This document shows, one piece after another, positions 27,038-36,249 of a stretch of DNA of 64,000 nucleotides. Numbering within the stretch: position 1 is the first letter of the stretch; each line of letters opens with the position of its first letter. The notes under the pieces are model-generated. The model did not search any database. It saw nothing but the letters and a program-made list of their open reading frames with translations, and was not told where the DNA came from. The position numbers were made by a program, and so were the translations under genes. Source of the stretch: Alphaproteobacteria bacterium (lineage in GTDB: Bacteria; Pseudomonadota; Alphaproteobacteria; UBA8366); NCBI GenBank assembly GCA_028281325.1, contig JANQKC010000015.1, forward strand, positions 20,282 to 84,281. The letters run 5' to 3'.

Positions 27038-27511
27038 ATGCTGTTTCCCAAAACCATCCGCTTCGACGACTCGGACCTGCGGCTCTTCGACAATGCGGCC
27101 GAACCGGGCGAATGGGCGGTGTCGGGCGCGTTCGCCTTCGCCGAACTGCCGGACTCCATGGTGACCGGCAGGATCAAGCAGGCGTTTGCGCAGGGGCTCC
27201 TCGGCACCGGGAGTTTCGGATGGTCAACCCATGTCTGCGTCGCCGAGATCGACACGGCGACCTATGAAATGGTGATCGACCGGATCGCCCAGCATTTCGT
27301 CGCGGCCTACGGCGCGGCGGACCGCGATGCCGCGCTCCCCCTCGCCCGCCGCGAAGCGGAATTCGCCGCCAGCCTTTGCGAACATCCGATCGACACGGTG
27401 CTCGCCGTCCGACGCGCCTTCAACAGCGATGGAATCGTCGAACGCTTCCGCATCGTGCAGCCGCCGATTGAAAAAACACGCTCCAACGTCCGAGAAATCG
27501 CGGAGAACTGA
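27038..27511 (+). CDS. DUF6505-like conserved protein
   Basis: IRFDDSD..F..AAEPGEWAVSGAF.F, QAF..G.LG..SFG.ST (family recognised from memory). Confidence 0.7.
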   Translation: MLFPKTIRFDDSDLRLFDNAAEPGEWAVSGAFAFAELPDSMVTGRIKQAFAQGLLGTGSFGWSTHVCVAEIDTATYEMVIDRIAQHFVAAYGAADRDAALPLARREAEFAASLCEHPIDTVLAVRRAFNSDGIVERFRIVQPPIEKTRSNVREIAEN

Positions 27512-27545
27512 TCGCTCCCCACGCAGGCGTCAGCGGCGCTGGACG

Positions 27546-28553
27546 CTAACCGCCGGTCACGCTCATGTGGCGGCTGACCGACGGGCGCTGACGCCGCCGG
27601 TCGATGACGAAATCGTGGCCCTTCGGCTTGCGGCCGATCGCCTCGTCGATCGCGTCCAACAGCAGATCGTCTCGGTCGCTTAGGCGCAACGGCGTCCGAA
27701 GATCCGCTGCATCCTCCTGCCCCAGGCACATATACAGCGTCCCGGTACAGGTCAGCCGCACCCGGTTGCAGGATTCGCAGAAGTTATGGGTCATCGGCGT
27801 GATGAAGCCGACCTTTTGGCCGGTTTCGCGACAAACCGAATACCGCGCGGGCCCGCCGCTGGAATAATCGATGTCGTCGAGCGTCCATTTCTCGTTCAGC
27901 ATCGCCCGCACCATCGACAGCGGCAGATACTGATCGACCCGGGTCTCCCCGCCGATGTCGCCCATCGGCATGACCTCGATAAAGGTCAGATCGAAGCCAT
28001 GCTTGCCGCACCAGCCGACGAAATCGCTTAGCTCGTCGTCATTCACGCCCTTCAAGGCGACGCAGTTGATCTTGACTTGGATCCCGGCGTCTTTCGCCGC
28101 TTCGAGACCCGCCATAACCTTGTCGAACTTGCCCCAACGGGTGATCGAGGCGAATTTCTCCGGCAGCAGGGAATCCATCGACACGTTGATGCGCCGCACG
28201 CCGTAAGACGCCAGTTCCGTGGCGTATTTGGAGAGTTGGCTGCCGTTGGTGGTGACGGTCAATTCGTCGAGGTCGCCGCTGTCGAGATGGCGCGAGAGAT
28301 TGCGGAACAGCGACATGATGTTGCGCCGCACCAGCGGCTCCCCGCCGGTCAGGCGCAGTTTGCGGACGCCCCGGCTGACGAAGGCGCTGCACACGCGGTC
28401 GAGTTCTTCCAGCGACAGGATTTCCGCCTTCGGCAGGAAGGTCATCTCCTCCGCCATGCAATACACGCAACGGAAATCGCAGCGGTCGGTTACCGAAACC
28501 CGAAGATAATTAACCTCTCGCCCAAAAGGATCGATCAGCGGTTCGCCCGTCAT
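27546..28553 (-). CDS. moaA: GTP 3',8-cyclase
   Basis: [32 protein letters not shown]-terminal SVTGG. Confidence 0.97.
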   Translation of the reverse strand: MTGEPLIDPFGREVNYLRVSVTDRCDFRCVYCMAEEMTFLPKAEILSLEELDRVCSAFVSRGVRKLRLTGGEPLVRRNIMSLFRNLSRHLDSGDLDELTVTTNGSQLSKYATELASYGVRRINVSMDSLLPEKFASITRWGKFDKVMAGLEAAKDAGIQVKINCVALKGVNDDELSDFVGWCGKHGFDLTFIEVMPMGDIGGETRVDQYLPLSMVRAMLNEKWTLDDIDYSSGGPARYSVCRETGQKVGFITPMTHNFCESCNRVRLTCTGTLYMCLGQEDAADLRTPLRLSDRDDLLLDAIDEAIGRKPKGHDFVIDRRRQRPSVSRHMSVTGG

Positions 28554-28836
28554 ACCCGTGTCACCCTGGTCTTTTTTCCCATCCAAACACACAGTTATCT
28601 ATGCGCTAAACCAAGCATTTCCAGTCCGGCCGGTCAATGAACCGACCATCGACGCCCAAGAATCGGCCCGACCGGCCATGATTGCGGCCCCTTCCGGCGC
28701 GCGCCATTGTAGACTTACTGCTTTAAGGATATTCGCCGAGCGCCCCGCCGCATTGATGCATGTCTATTTTGGCGAATTATATGCGTCCCGCGACGATCCG
28801 ACGACCTACGAATCCTACACCAGACGGCTCCGCCGC

Positions 28837-29427
28837 CTATGACGCATCGTGTTCCGTGGCCAAGTCGAGGATCGCGTGGCACAACGCTAGGTGTCCAACC
28901 TCGACAAATCCATAAGACGGCGAGTTGATAAACAGGTTCAGGTCGCCAAGGCCACGAAGCGGATTGTCAGCCGCGAAGCCGGAAAGCGTTACGATGTAGA
29001 GACGCTGCTGTCGCGCGGCCCGCACGGCGTTCAGGATGTTGTCCGACCGCCCCGAACTGCTGATCGCGACGAGGATGTCGCCGTCGGCGCCCTGCATCTC
29101 GATTTGTTTCGCGAACACCTGGTCGTAGCCGAAATCGTTCCCGAGACAGGTCAACGCCGCCCCATCGTTCAAGGCGATCGACCGAATGTTGCCGTTCTTC
29201 GCGTAGTCGATCGCCAGATGACTGGCGATGGCGGCGCTACCCCCGTTGCCGACAAAGATGACCTTCCGGCCCATCGCATGCGCGGTCCGCGCCTTATCGA
29301 CGATCCGCGAGAAGGCCGCCTCCATCGGAACGGATACGTTGCGCGCCTGCGTCGCCTCCGCCCCGTGCAGCAGTTTCGCGAGCGTATCGAAATATCCCGT
29401 GACGGATGACGTCGAGATAACGGCCAT
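28837..29427 (-). CDS. GmhA-like SIS sugar phosphate isomerase
   Basis: GNGGSAAIASH, GND.GY..VF..Q, ISSSGRS.N. Confidence 0.85.
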   Translation of the reverse strand: MAVISTSSVTGYFDTLAKLLHGAEATQARNVSVPMEAAFSRIVDKARTAHAMGRKVIFVGNGGSAAIASHLAIDYAKNGNIRSIALNDGAALTCLGNDFGYDQVFAKQIEMQGADGDILVAISSSGRSDNILNAVRAARQQRLYIVTLSGFAADNPLRGLGDLNLFINSPSYGFVEVGHLALCHAILDLATEHDAS

Positions 29428-29506
29428 TCAACTCCCCCCTTCGGTCGCGCCACTATGCCCGAATCTCTCGATACCCGCGACCTTGTTTTGCAACCGCCCG
29501 GCAGCG

Positions 29507-30544
29507 CTATGACGCGCGGCGCAGCCCCGCGTGATGCACCGCTGAATGCAGAAAGGACCGCGCCAACACCGCCCCGATATCCAACGGTTCCGCCGCATCC
29601 ACCGGCCGGTCGAAACAGACGCGGTTGATCATGACGCGATCGTTCGGCGCATAGTTCGCCGTCGAGAAGAAGATCGACAATCGTGGGTCGACCGCCAATC
29701 GTTCGGCCATCCACTCGCGCGCAACGCCCTTGTGCGAGTGCGGAAAGGCGAAGGGGACCTCGTCGAGACCGAATGTCTCCGCCATGAAATCGACGCTCCG
29801 GCGCAGGTCCCGCCCGCGATCCGTTGCGTCGAGCCGGGCGAACTTCGTGTGGTCGGTGCCATGCGCCCCAAGCGAGAACCCATCGGACAGCAAGGCCGAC
29901 GTCTGTTCCGCCGTCAGGAACGGCCGTTCGGCCTCCAACACCGCCCGCCAAGTCACGCCCAGGACCGCCGCGCATTCGTCCAGCCGAACGCAATCCTCGG
30001 CCCGATGCACCGAGAGAGCGCGGAGGGCCTGGCATAACACGTCCCGCACCGGATCTTGTGCCGAGAGCCCCAACAATGCGCCGATGGACCGCCGCGCCGC
30101 CATCGACATTTCCATGGATTGCATCAGCGTCAGCAGATAGGATCGGCGGTGCCCGTAAAACAGATAACGGTTGTCGACCGCCCGCGCGGTCAGAAAAAAC
30201 GTCGCCGGGACCCCAAGCTCTTTCAGGATCGGGGCGATGACGTCTACGGTTTCCCGAAGCCCGTCATCGAAACTCAGGAAAACTGGATAGTCCGGCAACG
30301 ACGCGCCGTCGCGGAAATGCGCGACCACCTGGGACAGCGTGACGAATTCGAAATTCTTCTGCAGGAAAACAAGCGCCCGGCGGAATTCGCCCACCGTCGG
30401 GGGCCGGTAGACCTCCGCAATGAACGGGTTCGGCGCATCGGTGACGATATGCCCGAAGACCGAAGTCAAACGTCGCCGCAGGAAGGGACGAACCCGCCCA
30501 AAGGTCACGATGGGCGAGAGGGCCGTCTCGAGCCCGTTTCTCAC
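29507..30544 (-). CDS. Polysaccharide deacetylase family protein
   Basis: LSFDDG, PATFF, GAHGTDH, FAFP. Confidence 0.82.
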   Translation of the reverse strand: MRNGLETALSPIVTFGRVRPFLRRRLTSVFGHIVTDAPNPFIAEVYRPPTVGEFRRALVFLQKNFEFVTLSQVVAHFRDGASLPDYPVFLSFDDGLRETVDVIAPILKELGVPATFFLTARAVDNRYLFYGHRRSYLLTLMQSMEMSMAARRSIGALLGLSAQDPVRDVLCQALRALSVHRAEDCVRLDECAAVLGVTWRAVLEAERPFLTAEQTSALLSDGFSLGAHGTDHTKFARLDATDRGRDLRRSVDFMAETFGLDEVPFAFPHSHKGVAREWMAERLAVDPRLSIFFSTANYAPNDRVMINRVCFDRPVDAAEPLDIGAVLARSFLHSAVHHAGLRRAS

Positions 30545-30606
30545 CGCCCGGCGATCCCGCCATCATTGCCTGCCATGATGTCTGCATACTTCATAAGCGG
30601 ATCGCC

Positions 30607-30852
30607 TCAGCCGCCCGCGATTTGCGGCAGCAAGTGTACCTCGCTGTCCGGCTCGATCGCTTCGAGCCAGGCGTCCTGGTATATCTGTCCGTCGATCGCG
30701 ACGGCGAGGCCTTCTTCCAGGTGCGGCTTCAAGGTCGGATGGCGGTCGCTCAACATCGTGAACAACTGCCGGACGGTCCGGGCATCGAGATCGAATTCGG
30801 ACTCGCCGCCGGTGTATTGCCGCAGATTGCCCATCAAGACGATATGCGCCAC
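30607..30852 (-). CDS. MoaD/ThiS sulfur carrier
   Basis: 81-aa ubiquitin-like protein ending QIAGG. Confidence 0.88.
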   Translation of the reverse strand: MAHIVLMGNLRQYTGGESEFDLDARTVRQLFTMLSDRHPTLKPHLEEGLAVAIDGQIYQDAWLEAIEPDSEVHLLPQIAGG

Positions 30853-30865
30853 GGCAGCCTACCGG

Positions 30866-33157
30866 TCAGCCGCCATCGCGATCTTCGATCGCCTTCAGCA
30901 CCTTCGGCGGCGACATCGGCAGTTCGGTGAACCGGATGCCGGTCGCGTTCTCCATCGCGTTGGCGATTGCGGCCATGGGCGGCACGATCGGCGTCTCGCC
31001 GACCCCGCGCACACCGTAGGGATGCCGCGGATTGGGCACCTCGACGATCACGGTGTCGATCATCGGCACGTCCGACGCGACCGGAATGCGGTAGTCGAGA
31101 AAGCCGGGGTTCTGCATCCGGCCATCCTCGCCATAGATGTATTCCTCGTTCAGCGCCCAGCCGATGCCCTGCACCGCGCCGCCCTGATACTGACCCTCGA
31201 CATAGCTCGGATGGACGGCCCGGCCCGCGTCCTGCAACACGGTATAGCGCAGGATTGTGACGCGGCCGGTTTCCTCGTCGACTTCCAGATCCACCATGTG
31301 GGTGCCGAAGCTGGGCGCGGCGCCCTTGGCGTTGATCCGGGCCGCGCCGCCGATCGGGCCGCCGGTCTTGCCCGCCATGTCGGCGATGTCCGCCAGCGAC
31401 AGCGGATCGAACTTCCCGGCGTTGTCGCCGGCCGGCTTGGCGTGACCGTCTTCCCACACCACCGCGTCTTCGGGAATCTCCCAAATCTTGGCCGCGCGGG
31501 CGCACATCTCCTTGATCGCTTCGTCCGCCGCCTCCACCGCGGCCATACCGCTGGAGAAGGTCGCGCGGCTGCCGCCGGTCAGGAAATTGTAGCCGAGCGA
31601 ACTGGTATCCGCGATCAACGGCCGGACCTTCTCCGGCTCGATTCCAAGCCGTTCCGCCGTCATCAGCGCCAAGGACGCGCGCGAGCCGCCGATATCCGGC
31701 GTGCCGGCCATCAGCGTCGCCGAGCCGTCCTCGTTGATGTTCAACGTCACGCAGGTCTCGCCGCCGATGTTGAACCAGAATCCCGACGCGATGCCGCGCC
31801 CCTGCCCCGGTTTCAACGGCGTGTTGTAGTGTTCGTGGGCCTTGGCTTGTTCCAGCGTTTCGACCAGCCCGATCGGCCCGAACTTGGGGCCATAGGCGGC
31901 ATGCGTCCCTTCCCTGGCCGCGTTCCGAAGCCGGAAATCGACCGGATCGATGCCCAGCATCTTGGCCAGTTCGTCGACCACCGATTCCGTGGCGTATTCG
32001 GAAATCGGCCCGCCCGGCGCGCGGTAGGCCGCGACCTTTGGCCGGTTTGTCACCACGTCGTAGCCGACGGTCTTTACGTTCTCCAGGTCATACGGGGCGA
32101 AGGCGCACATGCAGCCGGGCTGCACCGGCGACCCTTGGAACGCGCCCGCCTGGTATTTGAGCACCGCTTCCGCCGCGGTGATGCGCCCGTCCTTCGTCGC
32201 CCCCATCTTGACCCAGACGTTCGCTCCCGAGGTCGGGCCCGTCGCGCGGAACACGTCGTCCCGGGACATCACCATCTTCACCGGGTGGCCGGTCTTCTGC
32301 GACAAGGCCAGCGCCAACGGCTCCAGATAGACCACGGTCTTGCCGCCGAACCCGCCGCCGATTTCGGAGGCCGTGACGCGGATCTTCGAGACATCCAGAT
32401 TGAGCAACCGGGCGCAGTGGGTCCGCACGACGTAATGCCCTTGGGTGCTGCACCACAAATCGGCCTGCCCGTCCTCGGACATGCTGGCGACGCAGGCATG
32501 CGGTTCGATGTAACCCTGATGCACGGGCTTGGTGTTGAACTCGCGCTCGACGATCACGTCAGCCTCGGCGAAGCCCTTCTCGACATCGCCGAGCGCGAAC
32601 TCCACCCGCTTGCTGACATTCGACGGCGTATCGGGCTTGGGATCGACCCCCTCGGTCATCATGTCGTCGTGCAGCAATGGCGCGTCCGGCGCCATCGCCG
32701 CCACCGCATCGATGACATGCGGCAGAACCTCATACTCGACATCGATCAACCGCAACGCCTTGCGGGCGATCGAATTGCTGGTCGCCGCCACCGCCGCGAC
32801 CGCATGCCCTTCGTACAGCACCTTCTCGCGCGCCATCACATTGCGCACGACATCGCGGTAGTTGACCATCATCTCGCCCGCGGGAACGAATTCGGACTCC
32901 ATGTCCTGAAAATCGTCCCGCGTGATCACCGCCTTAACCCCCGCAAGCGCTTCCGCCTTCGACGTATCGATCGAAACGATCCGGGCATGCGGATGCGGAC
33001 TACGCAGCACCTGCCCGGTCAACATGCCCGGCAGATGCAAATCCGCGCCGAATTTCGCCCGTCCCGTGACCTTATCGACCCCGTCCGGGCGAACCGGCCG
33101 CGTCCCGACATATTTCAGGTCTTGCTCGTCATCGTCGAGTTTCAGCGCTTGCGACAT
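30866..33157 (-). CDS. Xanthine dehydrogenase family molybdopterin-binding subunit
   Basis: KVTGRA, GGGFGGK, AYRAPG, EGQ..GG..QGIG.AL, GVGE. Confidence 0.93.
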   Translation of the reverse strand: MSQALKLDDDEQDLKYVGTRPVRPDGVDKVTGRAKFGADLHLPGMLTGQVLRSPHPHARIVSIDTSKAEALAGVKAVITRDDFQDMESEFVPAGEMMVNYRDVVRNVMAREKVLYEGHAVAAVAATSNSIARKALRLIDVEYEVLPHVIDAVAAMAPDAPLLHDDMMTEGVDPKPDTPSNVSKRVEFALGDVEKGFAEADVIVEREFNTKPVHQGYIEPHACVASMSEDGQADLWCSTQGHYVVRTHCARLLNLDVSKIRVTASEIGGGFGGKTVVYLEPLALALSQKTGHPVKMVMSRDDVFRATGPTSGANVWVKMGATKDGRITAAEAVLKYQAGAFQGSPVQPGCMCAFAPYDLENVKTVGYDVVTNRPKVAAYRAPGGPISEYATESVVDELAKMLGIDPVDFRLRNAAREGTHAAYGPKFGPIGLVETLEQAKAHEHYNTPLKPGQGRGIASGFWFNIGGETCVTLNINEDGSATLMAGTPDIGGSRASLALMTAERLGIEPEKVRPLIADTSSLGYNFLTGGSRATFSSGMAAVEAADEAIKEMCARAAKIWEIPEDAVVWEDGHAKPAGDNAGKFDPLSLADIADMAGKTGGPIGGAARINAKGAAPSFGTHMVDLEVDEETGRVTILRYTVLQDAGRAVHPSYVEGQYQGGAVQGIGWALNEEYIYGEDGRMQNPGFLDYRIPVASDVPMIDTVIVEVPNPRHPYGVRGVGETPIVPPMAAIANAMENATGIRFTELPMSPPKVLKAIEDRDGG

Positions 33158-33171
33158 GCTTGCTGTCTCCC

Positions 33172-33651
33172 TTACTTGCCACTCCGCATCTCGGCGGCCG
33201 TATCGAGCACGGCCCGGATGATCTTGTCGTATCCGGTGCATCGGCACAGATTGCCGGCGAGCCAATATCGGGTTTCCTCTTCGGTCGGGTCCGGATTGCG
33301 GTCGAGCAACGACTTCGCCGCCACCAGGAAGCCCGGCGTGCAGATCCCGCATTGCAGCGCCGCGTGTTCGAGGAATTTCTGCTGTAGCGGATGCAGCTCA
33401 TCCCCGTCGGCCATGCCCTCGATCGTCTCGATCTTCTTGCCGCCCATCTCGGCGCCGAGCGCCAAGCAGGCGCAGACCAAGCGGTCGTCGACCAGGACAC
33501 TGCATGCGCCGCAGTCGCCCGACGCACAGCCTTCCTTGCTGCCGGTCAAATACAGCTCGTCGCGCAGCACGTCGAGCAGCGTTTGTTCCGGCTCGCAGAG
33601 ATACTCGACCGGGTCGCCATTAATCGTTGTGGATACGTGATATTTACTCAT
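33172..33651 (-). CDS. (2Fe-2S)-binding small subunit (CoxS-like)
   Basis: KEGCASGDCGAC, QCGICTPG, GNLCRCTGY. Confidence 0.93.
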   Translation of the reverse strand: MSKYHVSTTINGDPVEYLCEPEQTLLDVLRDELYLTGSKEGCASGDCGACSVLVDDRLVCACLALGAEMGGKKIETIEGMADGDELHPLQQKFLEHAALQCGICTPGFLVAAKSLLDRNPDPTEEETRYWLAGNLCRCTGYDKIIRAVLDTAAEMRSGK

Positions 33652-34520
33652 CGGCCTTCCTTTGCCCGGTCCAGTGCAATCAATGCGGCGCGGCGCGCGA
33701 GGACGCCGGCCACCTTCGTGCGGAACTCGATGGTTCCGCGTTTGTCGTCGATCGGCTTGCAGGCCGCGCTCGCGGCCGCCGCGAGTTTCTCCAACGCCGC
33801 ATCGTCCAGGGTCGAGCCGATCAGGGCGTCCGCCGCATCGGCGACCAGCAACGGCGTCGCCGCGACCGCGCCCAATCCGACCCGCGCCGCCTGGCACACC
33901 CCATCATCGTCCAGCGTGATGTTCACGCCGGCGCCCACGACCGCGATGTCCATTTCGGTGCGGGGGATGAAACGCAAGTAGGCGTCGCCCGAATGCGCCG
34001 GACGGTCCGGAAATTTGAAGGAAACGACGAATTCGCCCTTCTCCAGCGAGGTCTTCCCGGGCCCAATGATGATGTCCTCGACGGGTACGTCGCGCTGACC
34101 GCTCGGCCCGATCACGGACGCGACCGCGCCGGCCGCGATCAGCGCCGGAACGCTATCCGCCGCGGGTGAACCGTTGCACAGGTTGCCACCCATGGTCGCA
34201 CGCCCCTGAATCTGGGTCGATCCGATCAGTTCGGTCGCCTCGACGACGCCGGGCCATGCCTTGCACATCCCCGCATGTTCGCCAAGTTCCGCGCCGGTCA
34301 CGGCGGCGCCGACCCGGAAGCCGCCGCCTTCCTCGGAAATCGCCCGGACTTCCGGGATGTTCTTGATATCGACAACCAATCCAGGATGGACCATGCCGGC
34401 CCTGAGCTGGACCAGGAGGTCTGTCCCACCAGCAAGTACACGCCCGGCCTCTCCCGCATCGGACAGCATCGCTACTGCCGCGTCGAGTGAGTCCGGCGCT
34501 TCATAACGCATTTCTTCCAT
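33648..34520 (-). CDS. FAD-binding medium subunit (CoxM-like)
   Basis: LAGGTDL, ATMGGNLCNGSPAAD, PIDDKRG. Confidence 0.93.
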   Translation of the reverse strand: MEEMRYEAPDSLDAAVAMLSDAGEAGRVLAGGTDLLVQLRAGMVHPGLVVDIKNIPEVRAISEEGGGFRVGAAVTGAELGEHAGMCKAWPGVVEATELIGSTQIQGRATMGGNLCNGSPAADSVPALIAAGAVASVIGPSGQRDVPVEDIIIGPGKTSLEKGEFVVSFKFPDRPAHSGDAYLRFIPRTEMDIAVVGAGVNITLDDDGVCQAARVGLGAVAATPLLVADAADALIGSTLDDAALEKLAAAASAACKPIDDKRGTIEFRTKVAGVLARRAALIALDRAKEGR

Positions 34521-34771
34521 AATGCTCCTCTGATCCCTTGTTCCGGTAAAATATACCGCGGCGGCCCGGAAGCAACCGACCCGCCGAACCATAGATTACC
34601 TGTCCCGCCCATAGCCGGGAAATCCAGTATACCCTTTCCCGCGACACCGCGCGCAAGGCGGCTCATCGCCCGTTGGAGAAGGCAATTTTGACTAGCAATT
34701 TTCAGCAAGCCGAAGGATAACCCTGCAATTCAATTTTGGCCGCTTCTCGCGAAGCCGCAAGGAAAAAACAC

Positions 34772-35578
34772 GTGAACCACCAAAGAGACATTCCGCAACC
34801 CATTACGCCCAAGGCCCTTGCCGAGCGCGTGCGGACGGCGGCCGCCGACTCCAACCTCGTCTTCCTGCTGGATTACGACGGCACGCTGACGCCGATCGTG
34901 GACAGGCCGGGCGACGCCAATCTTGCGGAGGACACCCGGCAAGTCCTTCGCGACTTGAGCGCGCGGCATCCGGTGGCGATCATCAGCGGCCGGGACAGAC
35001 CGGACGTACAGAACCGGGTCGACCTGGACACTCTTTACTACGCCGGCAGCCATGGCTTCGATATCGCCGGACCGGACGACCATGCAATGGACCATATCGA
35101 AGGCGCCGACTTCATCCCCGAAGTGCGGCAAACGATCGCGTTCCTGGAAAAGCGGCTCGCCGCGTTGTCCGGCGTTTTCGTGGAGAGAAAGACTTACTCG
35201 GTGGCCATTCACACCCGCCTGGCGGCCGACGGCGACATCCCGGCGGTCGAGCAAGCGATCGCGGAAACCCTCGCGCAGCATCCGCGCCTGCGCACCAAAA
35301 CGGGAAAACGCGTGATCGAGTTGATTCCCGACATCGACTGGCACAAGGGGCGAGCCGCGACGTGGCTGATCGAAGGGTTGCAGCCGGCGCACGGACCGAT
35401 CTTTCCGGTGTTCCTTGGCGACGACCAAACCGACGAGGATGTGTTCGCCGCCTTACCGGAACACGGCCTCGGGATCCTCGTCGCACGCGCACCACGCCCA
35501 TCCAAGGCGTCGTTTCGCCTCACGAGCCCCGGCGACGTGGTCGACTTCCTCAAGAGAATGGCCGCCGCATCGCGCTGA
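34772..35578 (+). CDS. otsB: Trehalose-6-phosphate phosphatase
   Basis: [40 protein letters not shown]. Confidence 0.88.
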   Translation: MNHQRDIPQPITPKALAERVRTAAADSNLVFLLDYDGTLTPIVDRPGDANLAEDTRQVLRDLSARHPVAIISGRDRPDVQNRVDLDTLYYAGSHGFDIAGPDDHAMDHIEGADFIPEVRQTIAFLEKRLAALSGVFVERKTYSVAIHTRLAADGDIPAVEQAIAETLAQHPRLRTKTGKRVIELIPDIDWHKGRAATWLIEGLQPAHGPIFPVFLGDDQTDEDVFAALPEHGLGILVARAPRPSKASFRLTSPGDVVDFLKRMAAASR

Positions 35579-35672
35579 GCCCCCGTTCCGGCCCGTGACG
35601 ACGTCTCCCGCAGATTTGACTTTCAAACCGCCGGGTCGCAGTTACTATCTTAAAGTGAACAGGAGGGTTTGC

Positions 35673-36113
35673 ATGAAATATCTGCACACGATGGTCCGCG
35701 TGAAGGACCTGGAAAAATCGCTCGATTTTTACTGCAATAAACTCGGTTTGGTGGAGATTCGCCGCCGCGAGAGCGAGAAAGGGCGCTTCACCCTTGTCTT
35801 CCTCGCCGGGAAGGACGACGTGGAACGCGCCGAGGAAACGCGGACTCCGATGGTGGAACTGACCTACAACTGGGACCCGGAAGACTATACCGGCGGCCGC
35901 AATTTCGGCCACCTTGCCTATGACGTGGATAACATCTACGACCTTTGCCAACGGCTGATGGACAATGGCGTCACCATCAATCGCCCGCCGCGCGACGGAC
36001 ATATGGCGTTCGTCCGGTCCCCGGACGGCATCTCCATCGAGCTTCTTCAGAAGGGCGAGGCCCTTCCCCCGCAAGAACCGTGGGAGTCCATGCCGAACAC
36101 GGGCGAGTGGTAA
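35673..36113 (+). CDS. gloA: Lactoylglutathione lyase (glyoxalase I)
   Basis: [29 protein letters not shown]. Confidence 0.88.
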   Translation: MKYLHTMVRVKDLEKSLDFYCNKLGLVEIRRRESEKGRFTLVFLAGKDDVERAEETRTPMVELTYNWDPEDYTGGRNFGHLAYDVDNIYDLCQRLMDNGVTINRPPRDGHMAFVRSPDGISIELLQKGEALPPQEPWESMPNTGEW

Positions 36114-36163
36114 GCCGCCCCTCCCGCCAGATTTCACGAACCCCGGGGTTCGTGCCACACTAT

Positions 36164-36198
36164 AAGGAGCCGCCAGCGTTACCGTTGGCGGCTCCTTT
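36164..36198 (+). terminator. Intrinsic terminator after gloA
   Basis: AAGGAGCCGCCAGCG-TTAC-CGTTGGCGGCTCCTTT. Confidence 0.65.
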
Positions 36199-36249
36199 GC
36201 ATTGAACTGTATCGAACCATGTCAGAGCCAGAATAGCGGGGCCATTCGC

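Noticed and set aside
28554-28836. Moco riboswitch upstream of moaA
   Set aside because: I could not find the conserved Moco RNA stems or motifs on the minus strand by eye; an Infernal scan would settle it
30056-33640. 1194-aa plus-strand ORF, and similar long ORFs at 12264-14273, 39461-40987, 46532-48118 and 59319-61283
   Set aside because: Antisense shadows of well-supported genes in high-GC DNA; no recognisable motifs
30866-34520. Aerobic CO dehydrogenase (coxMSL)
   Set aside because: Gene order matches, but the active-site loop is AYRAPG rather than AYxCSFR, and there are no coxDEFG genes
34772-35578. otsB without otsA as a novel feature
   Set aside because: Unlinked otsB genes are common; otsA may lie elsewhere in the genome
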